The position numbers and the translations under genes are program-made. The notes beneath the pieces were generated by a model. The model did not search any database. It saw nothing but the letters and a program-made list of their open reading frames with translations, and was not told where the DNA came from. A stretch of DNA of 64,000 nt from a virus, in the IMG/VR virus record IMGVR_UViG_3300042868_011620, positions 68,552 to 132,551 of that record; one strand, given 5' to 3'. Shown one piece after another: positions 16,428 through 24,897 of the stretch (its first letter is position 1; every line of letters begins with the position of its first letter).

Positions 16428-16654
16428 TGGTTTATCCAATTTTGATTGAAGTAATTAATTGTACAGTTTGCTATAGGAATCTCTATAGACGGTTTTACCG
16501 TGTCCCACACAGCGTTCCTGATGTATTGACCAGCACCATTCCATACTCCATCTCCTACAGATTCTTCTATAGTATCCACTATAGGATATGCCAAGGAATC
16601 AGATATTAATTTTGACGGACAATATCTCACATTCTCTCTTATAGTTTTATTCAT
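16424..16654 (-). CDS. SVxx-repeat array protein
   Basis: Ends INYFNQNWINQ. Confidence 0.8.
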   Translation of the reverse strand: MNKTIRENVRYCPSKLISDSLAYPIVDTIEESVGDGVWNGAGQYIRNAVWDTVKPSIEIPIANCTINYFNQNWINQ

Positions 16655-16844
16655 TTTTAAAGTAATCTTTAGTAGCCTCTCTTGTAAAATCCTGCATAAG
16701 AGAACCTATAGGGTCTTCCGAACCGTGTCCAATAGGATAAATTACAGTGAGCAACACACATACATGTACAACCTCTTCTACAGCGTGCCACACTTTAACT
16801 CTTAAACTTCGTTCTACAGTTTCGCTAATGGTAGAATCATTCAT
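16647..16844 (-). CDS. SVxx-repeat array protein
   Basis: Ends KDYFKNE. Confidence 0.8.
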   Translation of the reverse strand: MNDSTISETVERSLRVKVWHAVEEVVHVCVLLTVIYPIGHGSEDPIGSLMQDFTREATKDYFKNE

Positions 16845-17049
16845 TTTGTTTAAAGCAATCTCTTGCAGAGTCTCTTACAGCCTTAAATACAGAATTAATT
16901 ATTACGCTTCTTGTGCAATTATATACAGGCTTGTTTACAGAAACTCCTACAGCCCTCCATATAGGATTTTGTATAGAACTTCTTATAGAACTCTCTACAG
17001 GAACTCTACAGAGATCATTCACAGCTTTATAAATAGTAGAATGATTCAT
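16837..17049 (-). CDS. SVxx-repeat array protein
   Basis: Ends RDCFKQNE. Confidence 0.8.
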   Translation of the reverse strand: MNHSTIYKAVNDLCRVPVESSIRSSIQNPIWRAVGVSVNKPVYNCTRSVIINSVFKAVRDSARDCFKQNE

Positions 17050-17249
17050 TGTTTAAAGTAATTTTTTGCAGAACGATGTATAAAAATTGTAAAATGCTCT
17101 GTACAATTCTGCGTAAAACTACGCCACGCTGATTGTACAGCATCATTTCGCACAGAAGTAAACAAACAATGTCTCAGTGGTTTCCATATGTCGCTAATTA
17201 CAGCTTGCTGCACAGAATCTCTTACAGAGGCTTTGATATTAGTATTCAT
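17046..17249 (-). CDS. SVxx-repeat array protein
   Basis: MNTNIK...KNYFKQ. Confidence 0.8.
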   Translation of the reverse strand: MNTNIKASVRDSVQQAVISDIWKPLRHCLFTSVRNDAVQSAWRSFTQNCTEHFTIFIHRSAKNYFKQ

Positions 17250-17451
17250 TTTTAAAGTAATCACTGGCGGCATCCTCCACTGCAAAACCGATTGAACTCC
17301 ATGAAACATACCTCATGGATTCTCTCACCACAGCTCTAACATCTCCCCATACTTGATTCCATATAGAATATGTTATAAAATTTCTTGCAACCTCGCCCGT
17401 GCATTCTCGCACATTTTTTTGAACAGCTTGGTTAATAGTGGATTTGTTCAT
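17239..17451 (-). CDS. SVxx-repeat array protein
   Basis: Ends SDYFKNEY. Confidence 0.8.
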   Translation of the reverse strand: MNKSTINQAVQKNVRECTGEVARNFITYSIWNQVWGDVRAVVRESMRYVSWSSIGFAVEDAASDYFKNEY

Positions 17452-17672
17452 TTTTGTTTAAAGTAATCTAGCGCAGCATCATCTATATCAGACCATACAT
17501 CATCTATTACTAAACTCCTTACACGATCTATTGTCCAATCTCTTAGATTGCCCCGCACAGAAGTTCTAATGTATCTCCATGTAGGTTGTCTTAGTTCCCC
17601 TAGCTTATATCCAGAATTTAATATTGAATTTGCAACATAAATAGTTTTAGGTTCACTTATTCTATTATTCAT
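17448..17672 (-). CDS. SVxx-repeat array protein
   Basis: Ends LDYFKQK. Confidence 0.8.
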   Translation of the reverse strand: MNNRISEPKTIYVANSILNSGYKLGELRQPTWRYIRTSVRGNLRDWTIDRVRSLVIDDVWSDIDDAALDYFKQK

Positions 17673-17890
17673 TTTTGTTTAAAGTAATTAAAAAGAGAAT
17701 CCTCTATAAAATTCTCTATCTCCATTAGCGTAACAACTGTGGGAGAGGCCACTATAAGTACTCTACAAGATTCTGCAACAGAATTCTTTACAAAACGATG
17801 AACAATATCCTCTATGGAACCCCACATTAAACTTCCCGCAGCAATTCTTGTGGAGTATTTAATGCTGCCTGATGATATTTTATTTTTCAT
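17669..17890 (-). CDS. SVxx-repeat array protein
   Basis: Ends FNYFKQK. Confidence 0.8.
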   Translation of the reverse strand: MKNKISSGSIKYSTRIAAGSLMWGSIEDIVHRFVKNSVAESCRVLIVASPTVVTLMEIENFIEDSLFNYFKQK

Positions 17891-18098
17891 TTTTAAAAAA
17901 ATCTTCTACAGAGTATTCTATCGAAAGATTTGCATAAGTTCCTATAGTAGTCCATACAGGGAACCTTACAGAATTCCATACAGATTCTCTTAGAGTAAAA
18001 TGTGTACACTCTACTACAGAGCTATATACAGCATAACCTACGCGCCTTGTAACTATACCAGCAGTAGAGTGCTGCGTTGCAATAATAATATCACTCAT
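17880..18098 (-). CDS. SVxx-repeat array protein
   Basis: Ends EDFFKNEK. Confidence 0.8.
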   Translation of the reverse strand: MSDIIIATQHSTAGIVTRRVGYAVYSSVVECTHFTLRESVWNSVRFPVWTTIGTYANLSIEYSVEDFFKNEK

Positions 18099-18355
18099 TT
18101 TTTTGTTTTAAAATAATTAATTGATGCGCTCTCTATAATTGTTTGAATGGGGCGATTCAAGCCATCATCTATTAAACCACGAACTGATGAATGCCACACA
18201 TTATACTTAACAGAATCGTGAACAATGTCCTCTACGGGACGCAATGTACAACGATGAACACAAAAGTAAACAGAAAAATAAACACAATTCCAAACAGATT
18301 TTCTAGTCGATTTATTAGTGGGAACGTTTAGGGATTTTAATGATTTTTTATTCAT
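18095..18355 (-). CDS. SVxx-repeat array protein
   Basis: Ends INYFKTKK. Confidence 0.8.
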   Translation of the reverse strand: MNKKSLKSLNVPTNKSTRKSVWNCVYFSVYFCVHRCTLRPVEDIVHDSVKYNVWHSSVRGLIDDGLNRPIQTIIESASINYFKTKK

Positions 18356-18579
18356 TGTTTAAAATAATTATGAATTTCCTCGCTTACACAATTACTTGTG
18401 GAATCTCTTACAGAGCGCCCTATAGAATAAAAAACATTAATCCTTAAAAAATCCCTCATAAAACTTGATGAAACTTCCAATACCAGTTCATCCACAGTCT
18501 TCTCTACATTATCCCATACAGCATAATATGCTGAATCTACTGCGCGAATCACTACATCTTCATCGGTTTTATCGTTCAT
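18352..18579 (-). CDS. SVxx-repeat array protein
   Basis: Ends HNYFKQ. Confidence 0.8.
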   Translation of the reverse strand: MNDKTDEDVVIRAVDSAYYAVWDNVEKTVDELVLEVSSSFMRDFLRINVFYSIGRSVRDSTSNCVSEEIHNYFKQ

Positions 18580-18811
18580 TTTGTTTAAAGTAATCTTTTA
18601 CATGAGGATTGATGGGAAGCTCTATAGAACTCCATACAGAATCCCAATAAGATTTTCTTTCGGAAATTCTTATAGAATCGAGTATAGATTCCCTTAGAGA
18701 GTAACCCGCAGAGTTGCATACAGAATGGTAAACAACTCTTTGAGCAGAATTCCACATAGCGTGCTCTACACAATCCCACACAATTCCAGCAATAGCAGAG
18801 TCGTCTTTCAT
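18569..18811 (-). CDS. SVxx-repeat array protein
   Basis: Ends KDYFKQNER. Confidence 0.8.
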   Translation of the reverse strand: MKDDSAIAGIVWDCVEHAMWNSAQRVVYHSVCNSAGYSLRESILDSIRISERKSYWDSVWSSIELPINPHVKDYFKQNER

Positions 18812-19005
18812 TTTGTTTTAAAGTAATCCTCTACAGATCGCTATACAGGAATATATACAGAAATATTTACAGAAATCTTTACAGAACCTAATATAGAACC
18901 TAATACAGAACCCCTTACAGAACTCCATATCGAATCCCATACAGGACTCCTTAAAGAATCAAATACAGACTTCGTCACATATTCATAAAGGGTAGAGTCA
19001 TTCAT
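18808..19005 (-). pseudogene. SVxx-repeat array unit with in-frame TAG
   Basis: MNDSTLYEY...SVYIPV*RSVEDYFKTK*; TAG at 18841-18843. Confidence 0.75.
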
Positions 19006-19204
19006 TTTGTTTAAAGTAATCGTAAGAGGCTTGACTAATGCAATTTTTTATAATTTGTTCTGAATGCCAAGTGCTGTCCCATACTGGATGCCATACAGAA
19101 GTTGATACTCTATTAACAACACATTTCCATACAGGATTATCTACTGATTTTGTCATAGACATTTGTATAGAAAAAGTAGTCGTGTCACTTAATTTATCAA
19201 TCAT
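18998..19204 (-). CDS. SVxx-repeat array protein
   Basis: Ends YDYFKQNE. Confidence 0.8.
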   Translation of the reverse strand: MIDKLSDTTTFSIQMSMTKSVDNPVWKCVVNRVSTSVWHPVWDSTWHSEQIIKNCISQASYDYFKQNE

Positions 19205-19394
19205 TTTGTTTAAAGTAATCTTGTGTACACTGCATCGCAGTATTTCGCGCAGAATGAATCGTGCGATTCTGTATGTAATGCCCGACAGTATTCCATAGAT
19301 GAATCTTTATAGAACGCCAAACAATTCTTTGAACAGGATTTTGCGAAGAACCCCATAAAATATTTCGTGTAGTTTTGTTTATTTCGTCAGTCAT
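19197..19394 (-). CDS. SVxx-repeat array protein
   Basis: MTDEINK...QDYFKQND. Confidence 0.8.
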   Translation of the reverse strand: MTDEINKTTRNILWGSSQNPVQRIVWRSIKIHLWNTVGHYIQNRTIHSARNTAMQCTQDYFKQND

Positions 19395-19845
19395 TTTTAA
19401 AGTAATCAATTACAGAATCATTTACAGGCCGCTTTATACGAGTCTGCACATAAAACACCACAGGATTTTCTACACCGTTCCATACTTCAAACCTTACAGA
19501 AAAATCCATAGAATCCCAGAAAGAATAATCTATCAATGTCTTTAGACAATCCACTGTCTTTATAGAATCCACCGTTGACTGGTTCATTCCATATTTTATT
19601 TTATTTGTTTTTATTTTATTTGTTTCAAAGTAATCTTCTATAGAAGCTTTTATAGGTATCCATGGTATACCTCTTATATCGTAAAGAGAACAAATGGACC
19701 CATACGCAGGATCTCCCACTGCATCTTCATTTTCCACATATTCTGTTATAATATCCTCGACAGAGTTCCATACGCAATCTCTTGCGAAAGCACATGAATA
19801 GTTTTCGATAGAAAATTCTATAAGTTTATTTAATTTATCGTTCAT
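19387..19845 (-). CDS. in-frame fusion of two SVxx-repeat array units
   Basis: MNDKL...EDYFET-NKIKTNKIKYG-MNQST...IDYFKND. Confidence 0.75.
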   Translation of the reverse strand: MNDKLNKLIEFSIENYSCAFARDCVWNSVEDIITEYVENEDAVGDPAYGSICSLYDIRGIPWIPIKASIEDYFETNKIKTNKIKYGMNQSTVDSIKTVDCLKTLIDYSFWDSMDFSVRFEVWNGVENPVVFYVQTRIKRPVNDSVIDYFKND

Positions 19846-20053
19846 TTTTTTGTTCAAAGTAATCAACAACAGCATCTCCCGCACTATACAACACTTTAAG
19901 ACTTGCGGATTCTCCTGCGTAAAAATCCCATACAAAATTTCTCGCAGAATATGCTACAGACTGAGTGATGGCTTTCCAAGCGGGATAATCTCTACCAGCA
20001 TCTGTTACTGAATACCAAACGTCACGGTCTACGTATTTATTAATTGTATTCAT
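19835..20053 (-). CDS. SVxx-repeat array protein
   Basis: Ends VDYFEQKNER. Confidence 0.8.
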   Translation of the reverse strand: MNTINKYVDRDVWYSVTDAGRDYPAWKAITQSVAYSARNFVWDFYAGESASLKVLYSAGDAVVDYFEQKNER

Positions 20054-20232
20054 TTTTGTTTGAAGTAGTCAACGACAGAAGCTTGTACAGGATTACTCAC
20101 AGTGCGACTGATGGATATGGAAATATCATCCCATGTAGCATAATCTACATACTTCCATATGATATAACCTACATTCTTCCAAACAGTAAACTTCGCAGAA
20201 TTTAAAATTTTTCTCACATCGCCGATATTCAT
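20050..20232 (-). CDS. SVxx-repeat array protein (first unit)
   Basis: Ends VDYFKQK. Confidence 0.8.
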   Translation of the reverse strand: MNIGDVRKILNSAKFTVWKNVGYIIWKYVDYATWDDISISISRTVSNPVQASVVDYFKQK

Positions 20233-20242
20233 TTTATATAAT

Positions 20243-20280
20243 AAAAAAGGCCCCCTGAAGTTTGATGTCTTCAGAGGGCC
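20243..20280 (-). terminator. intrinsic terminator between the DUF6745-like pair and the array
   Basis: Minus strand GGCCCTCTGAAG-loop-CTTCAGGGGGCC followed by T6. Confidence 0.8.
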
Positions 20281-20293
20281 ACTGTTTTAGCGA

Positions 20294-20632
20294 TTAATCT
20301 GCCACGTTGCGTTTGGCTTGAGCAATGTAATCGTATTCTTGTTGAATGCCAATTACATAAGTGCCAGGCACAATGTCAATGGTAGTGTGACGCTCCGACA
20401 TGACGCAGCTAATGTCAGTTGCTACAGTGCTGTTCATGTAGCGCTTGCCAGTCTTCTTAGAGTTCCAGAAGGTGACTCCAGGCTTATTAGCAATAACGTG
20501 ATGGTTGCCAGTAACTTCGCTGTTGGCGACAATCACTACTTTACTAGTGTGATTCTCAGCAATAGCGTCATCAGGCAAGCCTGCGCACTGAGCCACAATG
20601 CATTCGCCGTGAAGGATGATTTTCTTTTTCAT
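20294..20632 (-). CDS. conserved partner of DUF6745-like proteins (His-rich beta protein)
   Basis: HGE...SEVTGNHH...ERH...IVPGTY...QQEYD...RNVAD pattern. Confidence 0.7.
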   Translation of the reverse strand: MKKKIILHGECIVAQCAGLPDDAIAENHTSKVVIVANSEVTGNHHVIANKPGVTFWNSKKTGKRYMNSTVATDISCVMSERHTTIDIVPGTYVIGIQQEYDYIAQAKRNVAD

Positions 20633-20654
20633 ATGTTTATTTATTGTTTAATTA

Positions 20655-21614
20655 TTAAGCGATACCAACGATTTCATGATCCGAGAGATCAATGTCTCCG
20701 AGACGCTCAGCAATTGCTTGCTGAAGGTTCTTACACTCTGGAGAGACACTTTCGACATGCCACACTCCAACAGTTTGATTGAGCATCTTCAGGTGAGGAG
20801 CATAATCAATGCCTGGGTACAAAGCGGCCATGTCCCAGAGTTCATACTCACTCTTAGTCCACCACTCTTCAGTAGGATAGTTTTCGTAAGAGTCAATCTT
20901 CTTGCCGAAAGAAAGCATTCTTTCAACTCCGAATTTGCGAACAAACTCCATTTTGTGGTCTGCATTGTCCAGAGTATTGTACTGATCAAGAGTGAGTTCA
21001 TTGCTTGGAGTAACTGCCAACCACTCAGGAACTCTCGTTCCGTTGAGGATGAAGATGCTGTTCAATCCGTAACCATTGTAAGCAATGGCTGGACCACCGT
21101 CACAGTGAGTCACATTGTCTTCGTTGAGGTGAATCACAGTAGGCTTTTGACTCACTACCACAGCAGTGGGCATAGGATAAATCTGTCCCAGTTTGTGAGT
21201 AGCGTGCCAAATCTCGTAGCACTCATTAGCCTCTTTGAAGTCGATGCCGACTTCGTCGCGGAAGAAGTCGTAGAAGCTCCAGACATTCGCATCGAACGAT
21301 CCGTTGAGGTAGGGAGTGGTGTAAGTTTCGATTGCCATTTTAACACCTTGAACAAAGTATTCTTCAAGCTTTGATGGAATGTCTGCTGCTTCTACTCCAG
21401 CTTTCAAGTAGTGACAAGCTACCCATGCTTCCACAGGATTGTTCACAATGATTACTGGAGTAGGCTCAACCTTGAGCAAGTGAGTTTGCACTTTGTGAAT
21501 GATGCTCACAGTCTCATCATAGTCGAGACGATCAGTATTAATGCCAATCTTCAGCCACTTCTCAGTGTACTCAGACATTTTGGCAGTTTGTTCGGGAGTG
21601 AGGGATTCGATCAT
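20655..21614 (-). CDS. DUF6745-like protein
   Basis: MIESLTPEQ...EKWLKIG N-terminus, WSFYDFF, HCDGGPAIAY...NGTRVP...NADHK. Confidence 0.7.
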   Translation of the reverse strand: MIESLTPEQTAKMSEYTEKWLKIGINTDRLDYDETVSIIHKVQTHLLKVEPTPVIIVNNPVEAWVACHYLKAGVEAADIPSKLEEYFVQGVKMAIETYTTPYLNGSFDANVWSFYDFFRDEVGIDFKEANECYEIWHATHKLGQIYPMPTAVVVSQKPTVIHLNEDNVTHCDGGPAIAYNGYGLNSIFILNGTRVPEWLAVTPSNELTLDQYNTLDNADHKMEFVRKFGVERMLSFGKKIDSYENYPTEEWWTKSEYELWDMAALYPGIDYAPHLKMLNQTVGVWHVESVSPECKNLQQAIAERLGDIDLSDHEIVGIA

Positions 21615-21624
21615 TTTATTTAGT

Positions 21625-21915
21625 TTATTTTAGGTTGTTGTTGGTGGATTCTTGAAACAGTTCAGTCATTTGTTTGAGCCTACTGTTTGCACTCTCAAGC
21701 TCTTTGTCAATGACAAAATCAGGTCGAACAGTAAATATTTTATCACATTCAAGCATTTCAATTTCAAGCTTGATTTTCTCAATCTCGTAATAATGTTGAG
21801 TGAGAGCGCCTCCTGCTACGGGAGGCTTATCTGCTGTAACAGTAGAAGCATTGTTTCTTACGATAATTAATGTAAGTACTGTTACTACAGAGGTGGCGAG
21901 GAGAATTGCTTTCAT
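21625..21915 (-). CDS. hypothetical protein with N-terminal signal/TM segment
   Basis: MKAILLATSVVTVLTLIIV... Confidence 0.6.
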   Translation of the reverse strand: MKAILLATSVVTVLTLIIVRNNASTVTADKPPVAGGALTQHYYEIEKIKLEIEMLECDKIFTVRPDFVIDKELESANSRLKQMTELFQESTNNNLK

Positions 21916-21959
21916 TTTGGAGAATACTCTAGATTTTTCGATTGTCAAAGTTTTTTTCT

Positions 21960-22385
21960 CTAAAAATAAGATTCGCCAAGGGGAGCTTTATCGCACATCA
22001 AAGATTCAATGATTTTTGCAGCGTTGTCATGAAAGCTGGGATATTGAAGATGAGAGAATTCTTGTCCATGTTTAGCGATCAAAGCATTCCAGTCAGCTAA
22101 CGCTTCTGGAGAAATTTCCACTTTTACTGGTCGAGCCTCACTAGCTTCTCTGATAATTTGAATCAAAGATTCACTCTTGTCGCGAGCAGCAGCAGCAATT
22201 TCGGCGCGGCGAGGATAAATAGTACTACGCATGGAAATTCCTCCTTTGTCAGACACTTTTACCAACCACCAACCAGCAGAGAGTCCTTGATATGCCCAAG
22301 GATCATTGATTGGCACATATTTTTTCCCCTGCTTTTTGTAAACAATCTCTTCAGATCGATCTTGAATGTTTGAGTAAGCTGTCAT
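21960..22385 (-). CDS. hypothetical phage protein
   Basis: 141 aa; upstream TTGACG-N16-TAAGAT, 6 nt before ATG. Confidence 0.75.
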   Translation of the reverse strand: MTAYSNIQDRSEEIVYKKQGKKYVPINDPWAYQGLSAGWWLVKVSDKGGISMRSTIYPRRAEIAAAARDKSESLIQIIREASEARPVKVEISPEALADWNALIAKHGQEFSHLQYPSFHDNAAKIIESLMCDKAPLGESYF

Positions 22386-22430
22386 GAGAGTATCTTACCA
22401 CTCATTTAGACTGCGTCAAGCATTTTTCGA

Positions 22431-22844
22431 CTAATTTTTGGGAATTTTTCCAGCAGACTCTAATTTTTTCCGATTAGCTTGGTGCAAGTCTTTAATATTA
22501 TTTTTATTTTCACCATTATATGGTACAGCATAGCCATCTCGAATGAGACAAGTTGACACAGACTCTTGGTTCACTATAAAATCTCCTAAAATGCGACCGT
22601 ATTTGTCATTTATAGTTGTTTGAACAACTTGAATGGATGAAATTGGCAAGAGTTCTGCTAGTCTTTTCTTGCTTAAAACGCCAAAAGATTTTTCAACGGG
22701 ATCAGAGGTGCGACTCTCTGGAGAGTCGATGCCCAGCAGTCGAATCACCACGTTGTTCATCCAAATATTAAACCCAACATCAACATCCACTTTCACAGTA
22801 TCGCCATCAATGATTTCAATTATTTTGCATTTGTACTGATACAT
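22431..22844 (-). CDS. thermonuclease (SNase-like) family protein
   Basis: IIDGDTV...IRLLGIDSPESRT...DKYGRILG...GYAVPY. Confidence 0.9.
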   Translation of the reverse strand: MYQYKCKIIEIIDGDTVKVDVDVGFNIWMNNVVIRLLGIDSPESRTSDPVEKSFGVLSKKRLAELLPISSIQVVQTTINDKYGRILGDFIVNQESVSTCLIRDGYAVPYNGENKNNIKDLHQANRKKLESAGKIPKN

Positions 22845-22845
22845 T

Positions 22846-23163
22846 TTACTTTTTTAAGAATTTTAATGGATCAGCCGCGAATTTTATTCCAATTTTAACA
22901 ATGCCATTAATGATTTCGGGAGATATCACTCCAATAATGCCATAAGTAACAGCTTTATAAAGACTAGAAATGTCTGTTTGCTCTAAAACAAACCACGCAA
23001 CACCACTGCTTATAGCAGCAGTGATGATGCGTTTGATTTGATTGAGTACTGTTAAATTAGAGTCAGATGACAATAATCTTGCTAACATTGCGCCCGCCCC
23101 TATCAAAGGAACAATCCATCCTCCGTTCACGAATTCCTTTAATAATGACTTTTCTGTTTCCAT
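22846..23163 (-). CDS. multi-TM membrane protein, holin-like
   Basis: Three hydrophobic segments and a basic C-terminus. Confidence 0.6.
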   Translation of the reverse strand: METEKSLLKEFVNGGWIVPLIGAGAMLARLLSSDSNLTVLNQIKRIITAAISSGVAWFVLEQTDISSLYKAVTYGIIGVISPEIINGIVKIGIKFAADPLKFLKK

Positions 23164-23228
23164 ATATACCTTTACAGTATATAACAAAAAATGAGGTTAA
23201 ATACTAGCATTTTGTTCGTGATATTGCA

Positions 23229-23936
23229 TTAATATTCTACAATATTTATCTTTTCAACTTGAGTTTCGCCCCACGCTTCTAAAGTGTGTTTAAAGGGAGA
23301 ACCTTCAATGTTTTTAACCAGTTCGAGCATTTCTTGCGCTAATTCTCTGATTTCTAATTGAGCGTGCTCACTGTTGCGCAAGTTTTGAAAATTAGCAAAA
23401 CTTCTCATGTTGAAAGCGATGTCTGCTTGAATTTGAGAATTATAAGTCTTAAAAAAGCGAGCGCTTTCTTTAGCTCTTTTTCTGCCCAAGGTTGGTTCGA
23501 GGTCTTTAACACACTGATGATAAAGAGAGTTGCCCATTTTAGTATACTCTTCTAACAGACTTAACCATGAATTTTTAGTAAAACCGTAGGTATCATCTTG
23601 AGGGCCAATATCTTGGGATGGATACAACCCTTCCCAATCTTCAGGAAGATAAAATTTGTCCTCTTTTAATTCTTTATATCTCGCCGATTCTGCATTCATT
23701 GATGAAATTCTGTGTTTAAGCAGATGGCAATGCGAAGCAATTTCGGTATCTACTAAAAAATGCACCATGCCTTTTTCCCAAGGAGTGTGATGACCTTCTC
23801 GCCATAGTCTCTGAATCATTCTAGGAATGCGATTTCTTTTCTCTTCGCTTAAATCTCTAGAAGTTGAGGTCCACGCTGAGCAAGCAATGATTTCATCTGA
23901 TCCGTAATATCCAATGAGTGATACTTTATTTTTCAT
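23229..23936 (-). CDS. thyX: flavin-dependent thymidylate synthase
   Basis: HHTPWE, LLKHR...AESARY, ESAR, NMRS...LRNSEHAQLEIR. Confidence 0.9.
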   Translation of the reverse strand: MKNKVSLIGYYGSDEIIACSAWTSTSRDLSEEKRNRIPRMIQRLWREGHHTPWEKGMVHFLVDTEIASHCHLLKHRISSMNAESARYKELKEDKFYLPEDWEGLYPSQDIGPQDDTYGFTKNSWLSLLEEYTKMGNSLYHQCVKDLEPTLGRKRAKESARFFKTYNSQIQADIAFNMRSFANFQNLRNSEHAQLEIRELAQEMLELVKNIEGSPFKHTLEAWGETQVEKINIVEY

Positions 23937-24600
23937 AGTTTAGTTTATAGAGTTCAAGTTCAGCGCAAATGCGGCTTTTGCAACCGTTATTTTCTGCACG
24001 ACAAACAGAGTGAAAGTGACCGCAAAAATGATATTTAGGCTGGCAAAGCTCAATTAGTGAAGAAACTCCTTTTCTCTCTTCGCAGCACTCTACCCAAAGA
24101 GTTGCATCGTCAACTTCCCAGCTACGAATTGGACCTTTAGTGGTTGGACCGTTCCAAATTGGAGCGGAATGAGTGATGAGGATATCGCACTTTTGAGCTT
24201 TTTCAGGAATTAAAACGAATTTTTCTCCTCGCCACCAAGATACTCCTTCTTGTCTAGCTTGTCGGTCAATGGATATTGCTCCACCCACAAAGAAGAATTT
24301 AATTCCTTCGATTTCTCGAAACGAATAATCTTCCAAAAGCTCGAAATTAGAGAATTTAAAATTGCCATGAAAAAAATCTGGATTGCTATGATTGCCGCGA
24401 ATGCTCAAGTATTGAATATTCCTGTTTAAGAATACACTATTTAAACGATCATATAAATCAAAAGATTCATACTGATCATGAAATCCTTCTCCACCATCAC
24501 CAACGTGAAGAATGTAAGAGTCTCGCAAGTTAAATTTACTAATAATGCTTAATAATTTAGTATACTGACCATGATTGTCGCCAAGAATATAAATGTCCAT
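23926..24600 (-). CDS. calcineurin-like metallophosphoesterase
   Basis: GDNHG, VGDGG, RGNH, ITHSAP and CGHFH motifs. Confidence 0.9.
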   Translation of the reverse strand: MDIYILGDNHGQYTKLLSIISKFNLRDSYILHVGDGGEGFHDQYESFDLYDRLNSVFLNRNIQYLSIRGNHSNPDFFHGNFKFSNFELLEDYSFREIEGIKFFFVGGAISIDRQARQEGVSWWRGEKFVLIPEKAQKCDILITHSAPIWNGPTTKGPIRSWEVDDATLWVECCEERKGVSSLIELCQPKYHFCGHFHSVCRAENNGCKSRICAELELYKLNYEK

Positions 24601-24607
24601 AGTGTTT

Positions 24608-24820
24608 TTATTCGTCAAAGTTAAAATTGTACTGTCTAGAATCATCAGACTGAGCAATGATGTTTTTAATATTAACCACTTCTTGGATTAAAACAACGTC
24701 TTTGGGAAAAGCTTCGCGTATTGTTGCGTAACTCTCAAAAGCTTGCGTGCGACTTGCGGTGGACAAACTACTGATTGTATTGCCGCTGTGAATGATTTCG
24801 TATCTGGTTTGAGTGGTCAT
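24608..24820 (-). CDS. hypothetical protein
   Basis: 70-aa ORF in operon. Confidence 0.65.
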   Translation of the reverse strand: MTTQTRYEIIHSGNTISSLSTASRTQAFESYATIREAFPKDVVLIQEVVNIKNIIAQSDDSRQYNFNFDE

Positions 24821-24826
24821 AAATGG

Positions 24827-24851
24827 AAAAGCAGCCCCAAACGGGGCTGCT
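24827..24851 (-). terminator. intrinsic terminator
   Basis: Minus strand AGCAGCCCC-GTTT-GGGGCTGCT followed by T-tract. Confidence 0.7.
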
Positions 24852-24897
24852 AGATGGTTTGGTTTGGCAAGTATAGAGAGAATTTCTCAGTTGTCAA

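Larger units (their letters stand above)
14036..20232 (-). repeat. tandem array of 28 paralogous S-V-x-x/DYFKQ mini-gene units
   Basis: Junction consensus GATTACTTTAAACAAAATGAAT about every 190-260 bp; internal 12-bp TCTGTANNNNAT-like periodicity. Confidence 0.95.

Noticed and set aside
18841-18843. Genome-wide TAG reassignment
   Set aside because: TAG ends genes directly before terminators (e.g. 563-565 and 1906-1908) and long genes read through without internal TAG
14146-19298. Plus-strand Y/R/I-rich ORFs over the array
   Set aside because: Antisense shadows of the 12-bp repeat; they lack the coupled start/stop junctions of the minus-strand units
14036-20232. CRISPR array suggested by the regularly spaced 22-bp repeat
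   Set aside because: Intervals are about 190-260 bp, protein-coding and mutually homologous; repeats are degenerate; no cas genes are present
14036-20232. Programmed frameshifting at TTTAAAC joining the units into one polyprotein
   Set aside because: The heptamer is read TTT-AAA-C, the wrong phase for a -1 slip, and next-unit starts occur in both +1 and -1 frames
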